Assembly: GCA_007376285.1 (NCBI GenBank) | Contig: VMFZ01000004.1 | Span: forward strand, 300 to 64,299 | Length of the DNA stretch: 64,000 nucleotides | Origin: Parcubacteria group bacterium Gr01-1014_17 | GTDB lineage: Bacteria; Patescibacteriota; Minisyncoccia; Phycocordibacterales; UBA10002 | Reading direction: 5' to 3' | Made by a program: the position numbers and the translations under genes | The notes under the pieces: model-generated | Told to the model about the DNA's origin: nothing | What the model saw: only the letters and a program-made list of their open reading frames with translations | Databases searched by the model: none | Shown here: positions 10,757-20,719 of the stretch, piece after piece | Layout: the number at the start of each line of letters is the position of its first letter | Position numbering within the stretch: the stretch's first letter is position 1

Positions 10757-12334
10757 TCAATATACCCTTACTTGGTAAGGGATTTGCTTAAAGGTGATAT
10801 TGTAATCATTCAAAATCTCCTCACTCAAAAGGCATTTATCCGCATAGACAACTTTTTCCTCGCCGTCTTTTTTCATACCTTTGAGCGCGGTGCGGTTCAA
10901 GATATTGTCGTCCTTCTGCTTGAATAAAAGATAGTATTCGGTGCCGCTATGCTCTCCGATAAACGCGCCTTTGATTTTCCGCTTATCAATATGTGAAAGC
11001 GTCTCGGTAAAATACACATAACTCGCCATTTCCTCAAACGACACTTTCTCGTTGATATTTCCGTCCGCCTTAAAAAGCGGTACGCCAAGTTCCGCGTACT
11101 CAAAATCCCCCTTTCCTAACTTTTTCGCTACGCGCCGCACTCGTTCTTGCGTAATCTCCCGCGCAATTTTCTTTTCCATTTCAACCAAAATAAACTTGCG
11201 ATCTCCGCCGTCTTCTTTATTCAATTCCATAACTGCATGCGCTGTTGTGCCGGAACCCGCAAAAGAATCAAGGATAAGAGAATTTTTATCACATGTTAGC
11301 TCAATTAAATACTCAATCAATTCTATTGGTTTTGAATAGTTAAAGACTGCTTCTCCGAAAATATCTTTCAACAGTCTATTTGACTGGGTGGTTGAATATT
11401 TTGAAATAACACCTATTGGCTGAATCAATCGGTCTATCAAGTTACCTTCGTTGTCACAATTTAAGTATTGTTTTGTGTACACAGCCCATTCATTGTTTTT
11501 ATCTTGTTTAATAACAACAAAATCATTTTTTGTTCCCCAAATCAATTTTTCTTTTCCCCATCTCCAACGGCTTATCTTTTTAGAATCCTTATTCGGATAA
11601 ATCAACTTACCATCGGGTGCTTTAATTGGATAGTCTAGGGATTTTACATAACCAAGACTTGCACTATCTAATTTTATTAGTTGATATTTACCTCTTGTTG
11701 AGACATACTTATCGGCCAATTTATAACGGTCTTCGTCTTCAACGGGTAAGCCGAATATTCTTGAATTTTTTATCTCTTTCGCATATACCAAAATATACTC
11801 GTGTTTTATTCTGAAAAAGTTACTGTCAGATTTTCCTCCTCCTTCTTTGTTTTCCCACACAATATTCGCAACAAAATTTTCCGAACCGAAAATATCGTCC
11901 ATAATCATTTTCAGGTTGCAGTGCTCGTTATCGTCAATGGAAATAAAAATTACGCCGTCGTCGCGAAGCAGTTGGTGGAGCAATTTCAAGCGCGGGTACA
12001 TCATACAGAGCCACTTGTCGTGTCGCGTTAAATCCTCGCCTTCGGGACCCACCACCTTTCCAAGCCATTCGCGGATGTGCCCGGAATTAACTCGGTCGTT
12101 ATACACCCACTTTTCATTGCCGGTGTTGTACGGCGGGTCAATGTAAATGCACTTCACTTTTCCGTAATAAAACGGCAGAAGTGCTTTCAACGCTTCAAGA
12201 TTATCCCCTTCCACGATTAAGTTCTCGCTATGCTCTCCGAGCGACAGCGATTTGTTTTTCCGAAGCAGGCGGAACGGCACCTCCTTATCGTGCCCCACCA
12301 CCTTATCTTTTCCTATCCATGTAAATAACGGCAT
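10757..12334 (-). CDS. mod: Type III DNA methyltransferase Mod subunit
   Basis: IEGDNL-like VEGDNLEAL, IYIDPPYNTG, LDSFAGSGTT; AT-rich central recognition domain; start re-assigned to MPLFTW. Confidence 0.93.
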   Translation of the reverse strand: MPLFTWIGKDKVVGHDKEVPFRLLRKNKSLSLGEHSENLIVEGDNLEALKALLPFYYGKVKCIYIDPPYNTGNEKWVYNDRVNSGHIREWLGKVVGPEGEDLTRHDKWLCMMYPRLKLLHQLLRDDGVIFISIDDNEHCNLKMIMDDIFGSENFVANIVWENKEGGGKSDSNFFRIKHEYILVYAKEIKNSRIFGLPVEDEDRYKLADKYVSTRGKYQLIKLDSASLGYVKSLDYPIKAPDGKLIYPNKDSKKISRWRWGKEKLIWGTKNDFVVIKQDKNNEWAVYTKQYLNCDNEGNLIDRLIQPIGVISKYSTTQSNRLLKDIFGEAVFNYSKPIELIEYLIELTCDKNSLILDSFAGSGTTAHAVMELNKEDGGDRKFILVEMEKKIAREITQERVRRVAKKLGKGDFEYAELGVPLFKADGNINEKVSFEEMASYVYFTETLSHIDKRKIKGAFIGEHSGTEYYLLFKQKDDNILNRTALKGMKKDGEEKVVYADKCLLSEEILNDYNITFKQIPYQVRVY

Positions 12335-12335
12335 A

Positions 12336-12767
12336 TTATTTTTCAGATTCTTTAAAGTCCTCCATATAAAGACCGACAAACTTCTGTACTGCATCAACCG
12401 TTGCGTCTTTAACATGCGCATTACTCTCCGCAACCCACTTCGCAAAGTTATAGAGTTCTTGATTGCTCACCCGAAGCCATTTCTCATTCTTATACAAGAA
12501 ATATAGGAGCGTCGTAACTGCAATTCTCTTATTGCCATTCTGAAAAGGGTGATTCTTGATGAGAAAATAAAAAAGCACCGAGGACTTTTCAATAAGCCCT
12601 TGATACAGATATTTCTTGTCAAATTTCTGAAAGGGGGCGATAAGGCAACTTTCCAAAATGTTTGGATTTCGTGTTTTAAATTCCGGAATCGGCTCATTCC
12701 ATGTCATCCATTCTTTCGCCAGCGTGTGAGCGATATATTCAACTTCTGTAATAGAAATGGGTTTCAT
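12336..12767 (-). CDS. Fic/Doc (death-on-curing) family toxin
   Basis: HPFQNGNKRIA Doc-type Fic motif. Confidence 0.9.
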   Translation of the reverse strand: MKPISITEVEYIAHTLAKEWMTWNEPIPEFKTRNPNILESCLIAPFQKFDKKYLYQGLIEKSSVLFYFLIKNHPFQNGNKRIAVTTLLYFLYKNEKWLRVSNQELYNFAKWVAESNAHVKDATVDAVQKFVGLYMEDFKESEK

Positions 12768-12769
12768 AA

Positions 12770-13039
12770 TTATTCCTTTCCAAGCAAACGAAGTGCTTCA
12801 CCATATTCTCTTATGGTTTTTGCGACAGACGCTTCAATATCGTTCTTTTTTTTGTCTGTTAATTCTCTGCCGAGTATTCGGTTGAGCTCATCGTACGCGA
12901 TAATGTAGTTCCTACCAACTTTTTGCGCTTTAATATCGCCACTTTGTATTTTATTAAATACAGCAGTTCGGCTTATACACAAGATTTTAGCCGCTTCCGT
13001 TGCAGATATATACTTTTGAGTTTTATTTTCCATAGTCAT
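12770..13039 (-). CDS. Excisionase-like HTH protein, candidate antitoxin/regulator
   Basis: YISATEAAKILCISRTAV..KAQKVGRNY; C-terminal EYGEALRLL helix; directly upstream of Doc. Confidence 0.75.
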   Translation of the reverse strand: MTMENKTQKYISATEAAKILCISRTAVFNKIQSGDIKAQKVGRNYIIAYDELNRILGRELTDKKKNDIEASVAKTIREYGEALRLLGKE

Positions 13040-13124
13040 ATTATAATCGTGTTAACTTAATAGTCAAGTGTGAACATATGTTAACTTGTGTATAACCGTA
13101 TTTACCGATACGACATACCGCCGC

Positions 13125-13808
13125 TTAAAGCAATCCTTTTTCCTTAAAACTCAAAAACTTATTTCCAGCCACGATAATATGATCCAGCACTTCTATTCCC
13201 ATAATCTTTCCCGCTTCAACGAGCCGCTTGGTTGTCTCTATGTCTTCCTTTGACGGCTCAGTATCGCCCGATGGGTGGTTGTGGGCAAAAATTACTGACG
13301 CGGCTTTATTTTTGATTGCCTCCGCGAACACCTCGCGAGGATGAACAACACTCGCATTGAGTGAGCCGATTGATACCTCCGCTATTGAGTGGTTTCTGCT
13401 GTTGAGGGCTATGCTGTAAAAATGCTCTTTGTGGTAGTCCTTGAGTTTACTTTTCACAAGCCGACATACTTTTTCGGGGTCAGTGAGTTCTTTGTTTTTG
13501 TATGACGGAGTTTGTGTAGACAATCGCCGTCCAATCTCAAAAACCGCTTTTATTTGCGTTGCTTTTGCTAATCCAATTCCTTTGATTAAAGACAATTCCT
13601 CAATGCTTGCCTCAGCTAATTTCTGCAAACTGCCGAATTGCGATAATAGTTTTTGTGCCGTTATGGAAACCGATTCGCCGGCAATACCGCGACCCAAAAT
13701 AACCTGCAATAATTCTTGCGCCGATAGCGCTTGCTCGCCAAACTCCACCAATCGTTCGCGCGGTCGCTCTTCTTTCGGTAAATCGCGAATCGTGAATGAC
13801 TTAATCAT
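13125..13808 (-). CDS. radC: RadC-like JAB domain protein
   Basis: ERPRERL, IKGIGLAKA, VHPREVF, HNHPSGD..PSKED, LDHIIV. Confidence 0.95.
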   Translation of the reverse strand: MIKSFTIRDLPKEERPRERLVEFGEQALSAQELLQVILGRGIAGESVSITAQKLLSQFGSLQKLAEASIEELSLIKGIGLAKATQIKAVFEIGRRLSTQTPSYKNKELTDPEKVCRLVKSKLKDYHKEHFYSIALNSRNHSIAEVSIGSLNASVVHPREVFAEAIKNKAASVIFAHNHPSGDTEPSKEDIETTKRLVEAGKIMGIEVLDHIIVAGNKFLSFKEKGLL

Positions 13809-13883
13809 AGAATACAATAAATCCTAGCATTTTTTGACACATAAAAACAGCCCCGCTTCGCTCGGGCTTCGGCAGTTACAAGC

Positions 13884-13928
13884 CCCCGCATTTCTTTATA
13901 CCAGTGTTTTGCAAAACACTAGTATAGA
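13884..13928. repeat. 45-bp direct repeat, copy 1 (palindromic core AGTGTTTTGCAAAACACT)
   Basis: Matches 14200-14244 with 2 mismatches. Confidence 0.95.
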
Positions 13929-14168
13929 TTCACCGCGGGCGGTGAGCCGGTGAAGTACGCTCGGACCAGAGTTCCGTTTCATAATAAGGCCTGCAATCGC
14001 CAATTTCCGAATGTGGTCGGAAGCATTCTCGTACCCAAGTTTAAGCCGCTTGGTAATAGCGGCAACCGAGAGTTCAGGTTCTTTGTGCAGTAATTCAAGA
14101 ATCTTAATCCGATTGTGATTTGCAAAGCCGCGCACCACGCGCTCCGCTTTCCTATATTCAAAAGCCAT
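13896..14168 (-). CDS. ArsR-family winged-HTH protein
   Basis: RGFANHNRIKILELL, ASDHIRKLAIAGLI. Confidence 0.85.
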   Translation of the reverse strand: MAFEYRKAERVVRGFANHNRIKILELLHKEPELSVAAITKRLKLGYENASDHIRKLAIAGLIMKRNSGPSVLHRLTARGESILVFCKTLV

Positions 14169-14199
14169 ATCTATTATTATACTACCACACATCCCACGT

Positions 14200-14244
14200 C
14201 CCCGCATTTCTTTATACTAGTGTTTTGCAAAACACTAGCATAGA
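14200..14244. repeat. 45-bp direct repeat, copy 2
   Basis: ccccgcatttctttatactagtgttttgcaaaacactagcataga. Confidence 0.95.
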
Positions 14245-14362
14245 CATATCCCATGTCACTTTTTTACAAACAAAAGCAACTGTTTTTTGTGTGGTGAAGC
14301 ATTTGACATATTGAGTTGGCTATAGTACTATCTTCTCTAGAAAATATTATCAGTGAGGTTCT

Positions 14363-14881
14363 ATGAGATTTGAAAAAACAAATAAGTTCTTCATAACTGG
14401 GTGGCATTCATTCAAACAAAACTTCGTTGTACAACGTATCGTTCTTGCAATTCTTTTGTTTGGCGCAGGATTCAACATTGGTCTTCCTCTTGTTGTGGAA
14501 GGAACGCGAATGGAATTTCTGTTCCATGTGTGGTTTATCATTGTTACTATGCTGTGCCTCGGTATTCACATTGGTTACGCGCTTCGATATCGGCCGGAGG
14601 AAAAAAATATTTTTTTGCCCTTTGTGTTTCCGGTTGAGTTTCTGGCTCCATTTTTTTTCATCGTCGGTGGGCTTGCAACAGCGCGGGTGCTTATCTACTG
14701 GACCGTGTATGCAAAGTCCTTCGGGTGGGAAACAGTACGCCGGCAAATCTACTTTGACGGAAATGTGTTCCTAATCTGCTTCATCCTTGGCACATATTGG
14801 CTTGAACTTGGGCTTGCACGCATGCGCGGCAAAAAATCGCTGCGCATATGGCCATTCATACTCAAAGCAAATAAGAACTAA
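14363..14881 (+). CDS. Hypothetical multi-pass membrane protein
   Basis: About 4 hydrophobic segments; upstream TTGACA..TAGTAC promoter-like sequence. Confidence 0.65.
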   Translation: MRFEKTNKFFITGWHSFKQNFVVQRIVLAILLFGAGFNIGLPLVVEGTRMEFLFHVWFIIVTMLCLGIHIGYALRYRPEEKNIFLPFVFPVEFLAPFFFIVGGLATARVLIYWTVYAKSFGWETVRRQIYFDGNVFLICFILGTYWLELGLARMRGKKSLRIWPFILKANKN

Positions 14882-15060
14882 AAGCAATTCGGCACGGCGA
14901 GATGGTCTCGCCGTGTTTTTCATATTTTATTTCGGCCCGCACTTTTCACCCGACAAAAACAGCCATGCTTTGCTGAATCTACGCAGGACAAGCCGCCCAT
15001 CCGCCCGCTTTGAAACCCTCCAAAACTCTATGGAACCCTTCGCCCGAAGGGTCCCCTACA

Positions 15061-15096
15061 AAACATTCTCACTTTCTTAAGAATGTGAGAATGTTT
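15061..15096. repeat. 32-36-bp palindrome ACATTCTCACWTTCTTAAGAAWGTGAGAATGT, copy 1
   Basis: Other copies at 15680-15715 and 15991-16022. Confidence 0.95.
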
Positions 15097-15670
15097 TTGT
15101 AATGTCGTTTTTACGGAAACACCGCTCCATATGGTCGTTCACCATCCCCACTGCCTGCATATGTGCATATAGCGTTGTAGGACCGAGAAATCGAAAACCG
15201 CGCGCTTTGAGGTCGTGCGCCCAGCGAATTGCCTCGTCGCTCGTCTGACGATAATCTTTGATTGTTTTAATTCTGTACTGAATTGGCGTACCGCCGACAA
15301 AACCCCACATATATTTTGAAAAATTACTAAATTCTTTCTGTATCTTCAGAAATCTTTTTGCATTGTTAATTGTCGCTTCTATTTTCGCGCGGTTGCGCAC
15401 AATACCGGCGTCGCCAAGAAGCCGCACCACATCTCGCTTTTCAAACGCTGCAATTTTCTTTGGGGAAAAATCCGCGAACATTTTTCTGAAATGCTCGCGC
15501 TTATGCAAAATCGTGCGCCAACTTAACCCCGCTTGAAAGATTTCCAATACCAAGAATTCAAAAATCTTTCGGTCTTCATAAAGCGGAACGCCCCATTCCG
15601 TGTCGTGATACTCCTTCATACGCGCATCATTCTCATCTACCCACGCGCATCGTTTTCTTTTTTCTTCCAT
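15077..15670 (-). CDS. tag: DNA-3-methyladenine glycosylase I
   Basis: RCAW, YHDTEWGVP, FQAGLSW, IVRNRAKIEA, MQAVGMVNDH..C. Confidence 0.95.
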   Translation of the reverse strand: MEEKRKRCAWVDENDARMKEYHDTEWGVPLYEDRKIFEFLVLEIFQAGLSWRTILHKREHFRKMFADFSPKKIAAFEKRDVVRLLGDAGIVRNRAKIEATINNAKRFLKIQKEFSNFSKYMWGFVGGTPIQYRIKTIKDYRQTSDEAIRWAHDLKARGFRFLGPTTLYAHMQAVGMVNDHMERCFRKNDITKTFSHS

Positions 15671-15679
15671 ACAAGTACG

Positions 15680-15715
15680 AAACATTCTCACATTCTTAAG
15701 AATGTGAGAATGTTT
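15680..15715. repeat. Same palindrome, copy 2 (perfect 36 bp)
   Basis: aaacattctcacattcttaagaatgtgagaatgttt. Confidence 0.95.
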
Positions 15716-15971
15716 TTATGAGCTGTATCATACGGTGGCCGTACGGAGAAAGCGAGTGTGCCACTTCCCTGCCGCGATATTTCTTATCAACAAGTCCTGC
15801 ATACACGAGGCGGCGAGTATGTTCAGCAATCGTTTTCAGATTGCAGTCCAAATGCTCTGCTATGCCATCAAGCGAGACGCCCTCTGAAGTATGTATTAAG
15901 AAAAGTATCTGAAGGCGTCGATGGTTCGCGACTCCCTTAAAATGCCGTTCCAATTGTTTAGGTGTTTTCAT
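15696..15971 (-). CDS. ArsR-family winged-HTH protein
   Basis: RHFKGVANHRRLQIL, AEHTRRLVYAGLV; paralogue of 13896-14168. Confidence 0.85.
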   Translation of the reverse strand: MKTPKQLERHFKGVANHRRLQILFLIHTSEGVSLDGIAEHLDCNLKTIAEHTRRLVYAGLVDKKYRGREVAHSLSPYGHRMIQLIKTFSHS

Positions 15972-15990
15972 TCTTATTCATTATACTAGC

Positions 15991-16022
15991 ACATTCTCAC
16001 TTTCTTAAGAAAGTGAGAATGT
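15991..16022. repeat. Same palindrome, copy 3 (perfect 32 bp)
   Basis: acattctcactttcttaagaaagtgagaatgt. Confidence 0.95.
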
Positions 16023-16112
16023 TGTTATGCGGATATTCAATGTTTGCGTTCTTTTGCATTTTATCGTATTATGAATGTGAAATCGTGGCCGCGAGGCCAT
16101 TTTCATTTGTAT

Positions 16113-17918
16113 ATGCAAGAAATTAGAAACATCGCCATTATCGCCCATGTTGACCACGGCAAAACCACGCTCACTGACGCGCTTCTCGCGCAATCGGGTG
16201 TTGGGAAAGCCGGCGCGTCTATGGATTCAAACGCGCTCGAGCTTGAGCGCGGCATTACGATTTACGCGAAAAATACTTCTATTCCCTACAAAGGCGGAAA
16301 AATAAATATCGTAGACACGCCCGGGCACGCAGACTTCGGAAGCGAGGTGGAGCGCGTCTTGCGCTCCATTGATTGCGTGCTCCTTGTCGTAGATGCACAA
16401 GAAGGACCGATGCCTCAGACGCGCTTTGTGCTTAAGAAATCGTTGGAACTCGGGCTTAAGCCGATTGTCGTTATAAACAAAATGGACAAGACGGCGGCAG
16501 ACGCACAGGTCTTGGAACTTTTTTTTGAACTTGGCGCTACGGACGCGCAGGCAAACTTCCCTATCGTGTACGCCATCGGCCGCGAAGGAGTTGCGAAAAA
16601 GAATTTGACCGATGAATCCAAAGACCTCTCGCCACTTCTTGATACCATTCTGGAACATGTGCCGAATGTCTCTTTGCCGGAACTTGCGGCGAAGCCGCTT
16701 CGCCTCCAACCATTCAATCTCGCGTACGACAACTTTCTCGGCAGAATGGCAGTCGCGCGCGTGTATGAAGGTGTTGTAAAACCCGGAATGAATGTGTTTA
16801 TAAAAAATCAAAAAGGCGAAATACGAAACGGAAAAATCATTAAGCTTTTCACATGGAACGGAATGGAAAAAAACGAGGCGGCAGAGGTAGTGGCTGGAGA
16901 TATCGCGCTCGTTGCTGGGCTTACCAACATTGAAATCGGCGAGACCGTGTCTGCTGAAAAAGATGCGGATGTGCTCCCCACCATTTCAATTGACGAGCCC
17001 ACGATTGAACTGCAATTTCTCGTCAACAATTCGCCGTTCGGCGGCCGCGACGGAAAGTTCGTGACTTCGCGCCAAATTCGCGACTACTTGGAGCGCGAGC
17101 TTGAAGTGAATGTGGGGCTCAAGGTGGACTTCTCTTCAAATGAATTCTTCAAGGTACTCGGGCGCGGCGAACTCCACATTGCGATACTTCTAGAAAATAT
17201 GCGCCGCGCGGGCTACGAAGTGCAAGTGTCACAACCGCAAGTTATTATCCGCGAAGAAATTGTAAGTAAGGAACCACTTGTGGTGAGCAAAGTCGAACCA
17301 TTTGAAGAAGTAATTATAGACACGCCGCTTGCGTACCAAGGTGTTGTTATTGAGAAGCTTGGCCGCCGCGCGTTTATCATCAAAAACATACACGAGCACA
17401 ACGGCTCAGTTCGTCTCACACTGGAAGGCCCGACGCGCGGGCTCTTGGGCTATCGCAACCAGTTTGTGGTAGACACGCGCGGCGATGGAATTATGTCGTC
17501 GCGCGTCGTCGGCTTCAAGCCGTACGCGGGCGAAATTTCAAAACGCGCAGTTGGTTCTATGCTCTCAATGGCAACCGGAAAAGCGCTCGGCTACGCGCTC
17601 TGGGGTTTCCAAGAACGCGGCATACTTTATATAGGACCCGGAACGGAAGTGTATGAAGGAATGGTCATAGGCAATACTTCAAAAGGCGAGCAGATGTCGG
17701 TAAACCCGACCAAAGGCAAACAACTCTCCAATGTCCGCGCTTCTGGCACCGACGAAGCGATAGACCTTGTACCGCCATACGAGATTACAATTGAACGCGG
17801 ACTGGAAGTAATGGCGGAAGACGAATATCTGGAAATTACTCCAAAAAGCGTGCGCCTACGGAAAAAATACCTTACCGAAATAGATCGCAACCGCGCGAAG
17901 CGCAAGGAGGGGAAATAA
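16113..17918 (+). CDS. typA: Translational GTPase TypA/BipA
   Basis: [41 protein letters not shown]. Confidence 0.96.
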   Translation: MQEIRNIAIIAHVDHGKTTLTDALLAQSGVGKAGASMDSNALELERGITIYAKNTSIPYKGGKINIVDTPGHADFGSEVERVLRSIDCVLLVVDAQEGPMPQTRFVLKKSLELGLKPIVVINKMDKTAADAQVLELFFELGATDAQANFPIVYAIGREGVAKKNLTDESKDLSPLLDTILEHVPNVSLPELAAKPLRLQPFNLAYDNFLGRMAVARVYEGVVKPGMNVFIKNQKGEIRNGKIIKLFTWNGMEKNEAAEVVAGDIALVAGLTNIEIGETVSAEKDADVLPTISIDEPTIELQFLVNNSPFGGRDGKFVTSRQIRDYLERELEVNVGLKVDFSSNEFFKVLGRGELHIAILLENMRRAGYEVQVSQPQVIIREEIVSKEPLVVSKVEPFEEVIIDTPLAYQGVVIEKLGRRAFIIKNIHEHNGSVRLTLEGPTRGLLGYRNQFVVDTRGDGIMSSRVVGFKPYAGEISKRAVGSMLSMATGKALGYALWGFQERGILYIGPGTEVYEGMVIGNTSKGEQMSVNPTKGKQLSNVRASGTDEAIDLVPPYEITIERGLEVMAEDEYLEITPKSVRLRKKYLTEIDRNRAKRKEGK

Positions 17919-17940
17919 TAAAAATATATTTCGTTCGTTT

Positions 17941-18013
17941 TGGACCGTACCGGTTTCGAACCGGTCACCTTTGCTATGCCATAGCAACGCTCTACCAAAT
18001 GAGCTAACGGCCC
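17941..18013 (-). tRNA. tRNA-Ala(GGC)
   Basis: Cloverleaf GGGCCGT/ACGGTCC with G3:U70; anticodon arm TTGCT-ATGGCAT-AGCAA. Confidence 0.93.
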
Positions 18014-18031
18014 GAAACGCCACTATAGCAT

Positions 18032-18487
18032 CTACTCAAAATACAATTCAATTTTGTCTTTGTCTTTCATTGGGTAGTCAAGCAGTTCGGCATTTTCTGT
18101 TCCGTTAACTGTCATGCGCGGAGTCGTGGTGCCGAAATCTTCCAACTGTTTATTCCACACCGCAAAGAAATCTGCCAGAGTGAAATCTCTCTGTTCGGGC
18201 GATTCAACATGTATCGTTCCGCTGGTATCGTGCGTGTGGAGCGCGTTCATGCAGATTCGTGTGACGCCGATATTGGCGGGAATCTCCACGCGCTTGCCGC
18301 TGGCGAAGATGGCAAGGTTCGGATGGATGTGAAATTGGGTCGCCATATCCGTGGTACAGGTAAGCGCTACCTCACGATTGGTCCGCGGCGTTGACGGCCC
18401 GGAAAATACTTTCGCTACGAATATACCTAATCCAACTACCGCCACAAGCACCCCTATTACGACAAATGTAAGTTTTGATTCCTGCAT
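18032..18487 (-). CDS. Hypothetical membrane-anchored protein
   Basis: N-terminal TM; FHIHP, IPANIG, LHTHD..GTIHVE, FTLADFF motifs. Confidence 0.7.
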   Translation of the reverse strand: MQESKLTFVVIGVLVAVVGLGIFVAKVFSGPSTPRTNREVALTCTTDMATQFHIHPNLAIFASGKRVEIPANIGVTRICMNALHTHDTSGTIHVESPEQRDFTLADFFAVWNKQLEDFGTTTPRMTVNGTENAELLDYPMKDKDKIELYFE

Positions 18488-18515
18488 AGTGTTATAATCA
18501 TACTATACTATTCGT

Positions 18516-19028
18516 ATGGATGCATCACTTTTCCACACACTGAACAATCTCGCAGGGCAATCACCTGTGTTTGACGCGGCGATTATTTTTCTCGCCAAGT
18601 ATTTTCCCTACGCGGTTGTACTTGCGTTTCTCGCTCTGCTCTTTTATTCCGGCTATGCAAAACGAGAAAAAATCCGCATCTTTTGGGTAACTATGTTTTC
18701 GGTAGCGATTGCCCGCTATGGAATTACCGAACTCATCCGCTTTTTCTACTACCGCCCGCGGCCGTTTGTTGCGTATGAAATACAGCCGCTCTTTGCAGAA
18801 CATTCATGGTCGTTTCCTTCCGGACATGCAGCATTCTTTTTTGCGCTCGCAACTTCATTATACTTTTATAACAAAAAATGGAGCGCGTGTTTTTTTCTTG
18901 CGGCAATACTCATTTCCATCAGCCGTATCATCGCCGGCGTCCATTACCCGTCTGATATTTTAGGCGGTGCGTTTGTCGGTATTGCGATTGCGTATGTGGT
19001 GTGTCGTATAACAAAAAAATCCCGTTAG
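18516..19028 (+). CDS. PAP2 family undecaprenyl-diphosphatase
   Basis: RPRPF, SFPSGHA, SRIIAGVHYPSDI. Confidence 0.92.
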   Translation: MDASLFHTLNNLAGQSPVFDAAIIFLAKYFPYAVVLAFLALLFYSGYAKREKIRIFWVTMFSVAIARYGITELIRFFYYRPRPFVAYEIQPLFAEHSWSFPSGHAAFFFALATSLYFYNKKWSACFFLAAILISISRIIAGVHYPSDILGGAFVGIAIAYVVCRITKKSR

Positions 19029-19088
19029 GGATTTTTTTGTTACTGGACTCTTTCCAGTGTCTAGCTTCCAGTTTCTAGCCATCTAGAG

Positions 19089-19400
19089 TTAGAAGCTCAT
19101 GCGGTCTCCGCCGCGGTGGTAACCACCGCCGCCTCCGCTTCTCGGAGGGCGTTCCGCCATCGGGCGCGCTTCGTTTACCGTCACCGCGCGACCGTCCATC
19201 TCCTTACCATTCCACATATCAATCGCTTTCTGTGCATCCGCGTCTTCCATTTCAACAAAACCGAAACCGCGTGAGCGGCCCGACATTTTGTCCATAATGA
19301 CATTCGCAGACACGACCGCGCCTGCTTTCGCAAACGCTTCGCGCATTGACTCTGAAGTGGTAGAGTAGGAAAGATTTCCTACATACAATTTCTTTGCCAT
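19089..19400 (-). CDS. RRM RNA-binding protein
   Basis: RNP2 LYVGNL, RNP1 RGFGFVEM, Gly-rich tail. Confidence 0.95.
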   Translation of the reverse strand: MAKKLYVGNLSYSTTSESMREAFAKAGAVVSANVIMDKMSGRSRGFGFVEMEDADAQKAIDMWNGKEMDGRAVTVNEARPMAERPPRSGGGGGYHRGGDRMSF

Positions 19401-19655
19401 AGTGAGAAAAAAATACTGCTAACTGTCGTCCGACCTATCTCAATACGGCGCTTAAGCTTTCGCTTTCACTGACCCCCTTGAGAAAACAACGACACTTATA
19501 TCGTAGCATAGTTGCTATTTTTATGCAACTTCTGTATAAAGCACGAAGCGGAAAGCGAAATTTTGGTCCGCGTAGGACCCCCGTAGAGAGGGTAAAGCGG
19601 CCGAAATTTTTCTTTCCGCAAAGTGCTTTCCATGGCCAAGCCCAAACAAACCTAT

Positions 19656-20075
19656 ATGAAAAAAGTCCTTTCGTTTTATTTCGCGCCGCTGTGGCGCACC
19701 TTTTTCACCACGCTCTATCTCCTCTGTTTCGGCTACTTCGTCATATTCTTTTCCGACTATGTCATTCTCGCCATCCGCTTCCTCTACTATACCTTCACTC
19801 TCCCAACCATCGCGCTAACGCTTGACTATCTGTTTTGGGGCGCGTCGTTTATCGTGATGCTCGTTATCCCTTTTTCCATCTCGCTCTACGCGATTTTCAT
19901 TCCGTTTGAACTGATGAAAAAATTGGACTGGACGCGGAATCAGAAAATTGCCGTCGCATTCATCGTCGCGCTTGCGACGATTGACATAGTGGTCGCGTCC
20001 GACATCTTCATTCGTCTTATTGAAAAACAACCGCCCATTGTCCGCTTTTTGCAAGAGATTGAGTTGATAAAATAA
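19656..20075 (+). CDS. Hypothetical membrane protein
   Basis: Three or more hydrophobic segments. Confidence 0.65.
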   Translation: MKKVLSFYFAPLWRTFFTTLYLLCFGYFVIFFSDYVILAIRFLYYTFTLPTIALTLDYLFWGASFIVMLVIPFSISLYAIFIPFELMKKLDWTRNQKIAVAFIVALATIDIVVASDIFIRLIEKQPPIVRFLQEIELIK

Positions 20076-20094
20076 ATAGCGTACAATTTTGCGT

Positions 20095-20673
20095 ATGCGC
20101 AAAATTGTTTTTGACATAGAAACGACGAATGACTTCGCCGAAGTGGGGAGCCGCGAACCCGCGGCGCTGGAACTCGCCATCGTGTGTATCTACGATTCGG
20201 AAAGCGATTCTTACACAAGTTTTCTCAAAAGCGAACTCAAAGTCCTCTGGCCTATTTTGGAACGAGCTGACCTGCTTATCGGATTCAACATAGAGCACTT
20301 TGATTTGCCTATTCTTGCGAAATATTATTCGGGCGACCTCTCGCGCATCAAAAGCGTAGACCTACTCAAAGAAGTGAAGACCGTGCTCGGACGGCGGCTC
20401 AAACTGGACACACTGGCGGAAGCTACCCTCGGAAAGAAAAAACTGGGGCACGGAATGGAGTCGCTCGTGTGGTGGAAGAAAGGCGAAGTGGAAAAAGTGC
20501 GAAAGTACTGCATTGAAGATGTGAAAATCACCAAAGAACTCTATGACTATGCGCGAACGCACCACATTCTCAAATACAGAGACGGAAAAGTACTCAAAGA
20601 CATCGCGCTTCCAAACGCACCGCAATGGGAAATATTCAAAACCAGCACCCTCACCCACACCTTGCCGTTTTAA
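20095..20673 (+). CDS. RNase H-like (DEDD) 3'-5' exonuclease domain protein
   Basis: VFDIET, IGFNIEHFD, YCIEDV. Confidence 0.85.
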   Translation: MRKIVFDIETTNDFAEVGSREPAALELAIVCIYDSESDSYTSFLKSELKVLWPILERADLLIGFNIEHFDLPILAKYYSGDLSRIKSVDLLKEVKTVLGRRLKLDTLAEATLGKKKLGHGMESLVWWKKGEVEKVRKYCIEDVKITKELYDYARTHHILKYRDGKVLKDIALPNAPQWEIFKTSTLTHTLPF

Positions 20674-20719
20674 CTTGTGCGCGTATACTGGGGACATTAC
20701 GAACTAAACTTTTTGAACT

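Noticed and set aside
12770-13039. Prophage excisionase
   Set aside because: No integrase or phage structural genes; position upstream of Doc fits a TA partner better
15061-16022. CRISPR array
   Set aside because: Repeat length fits, but the intervening segments are about 270-580 bp and contain genes; no cas genes in the window
13884-16022. Integron cassette array
   Set aside because: No integrase and no attC RYYYAAC/GTTRRRY structure; repeats are near-perfect palindromes
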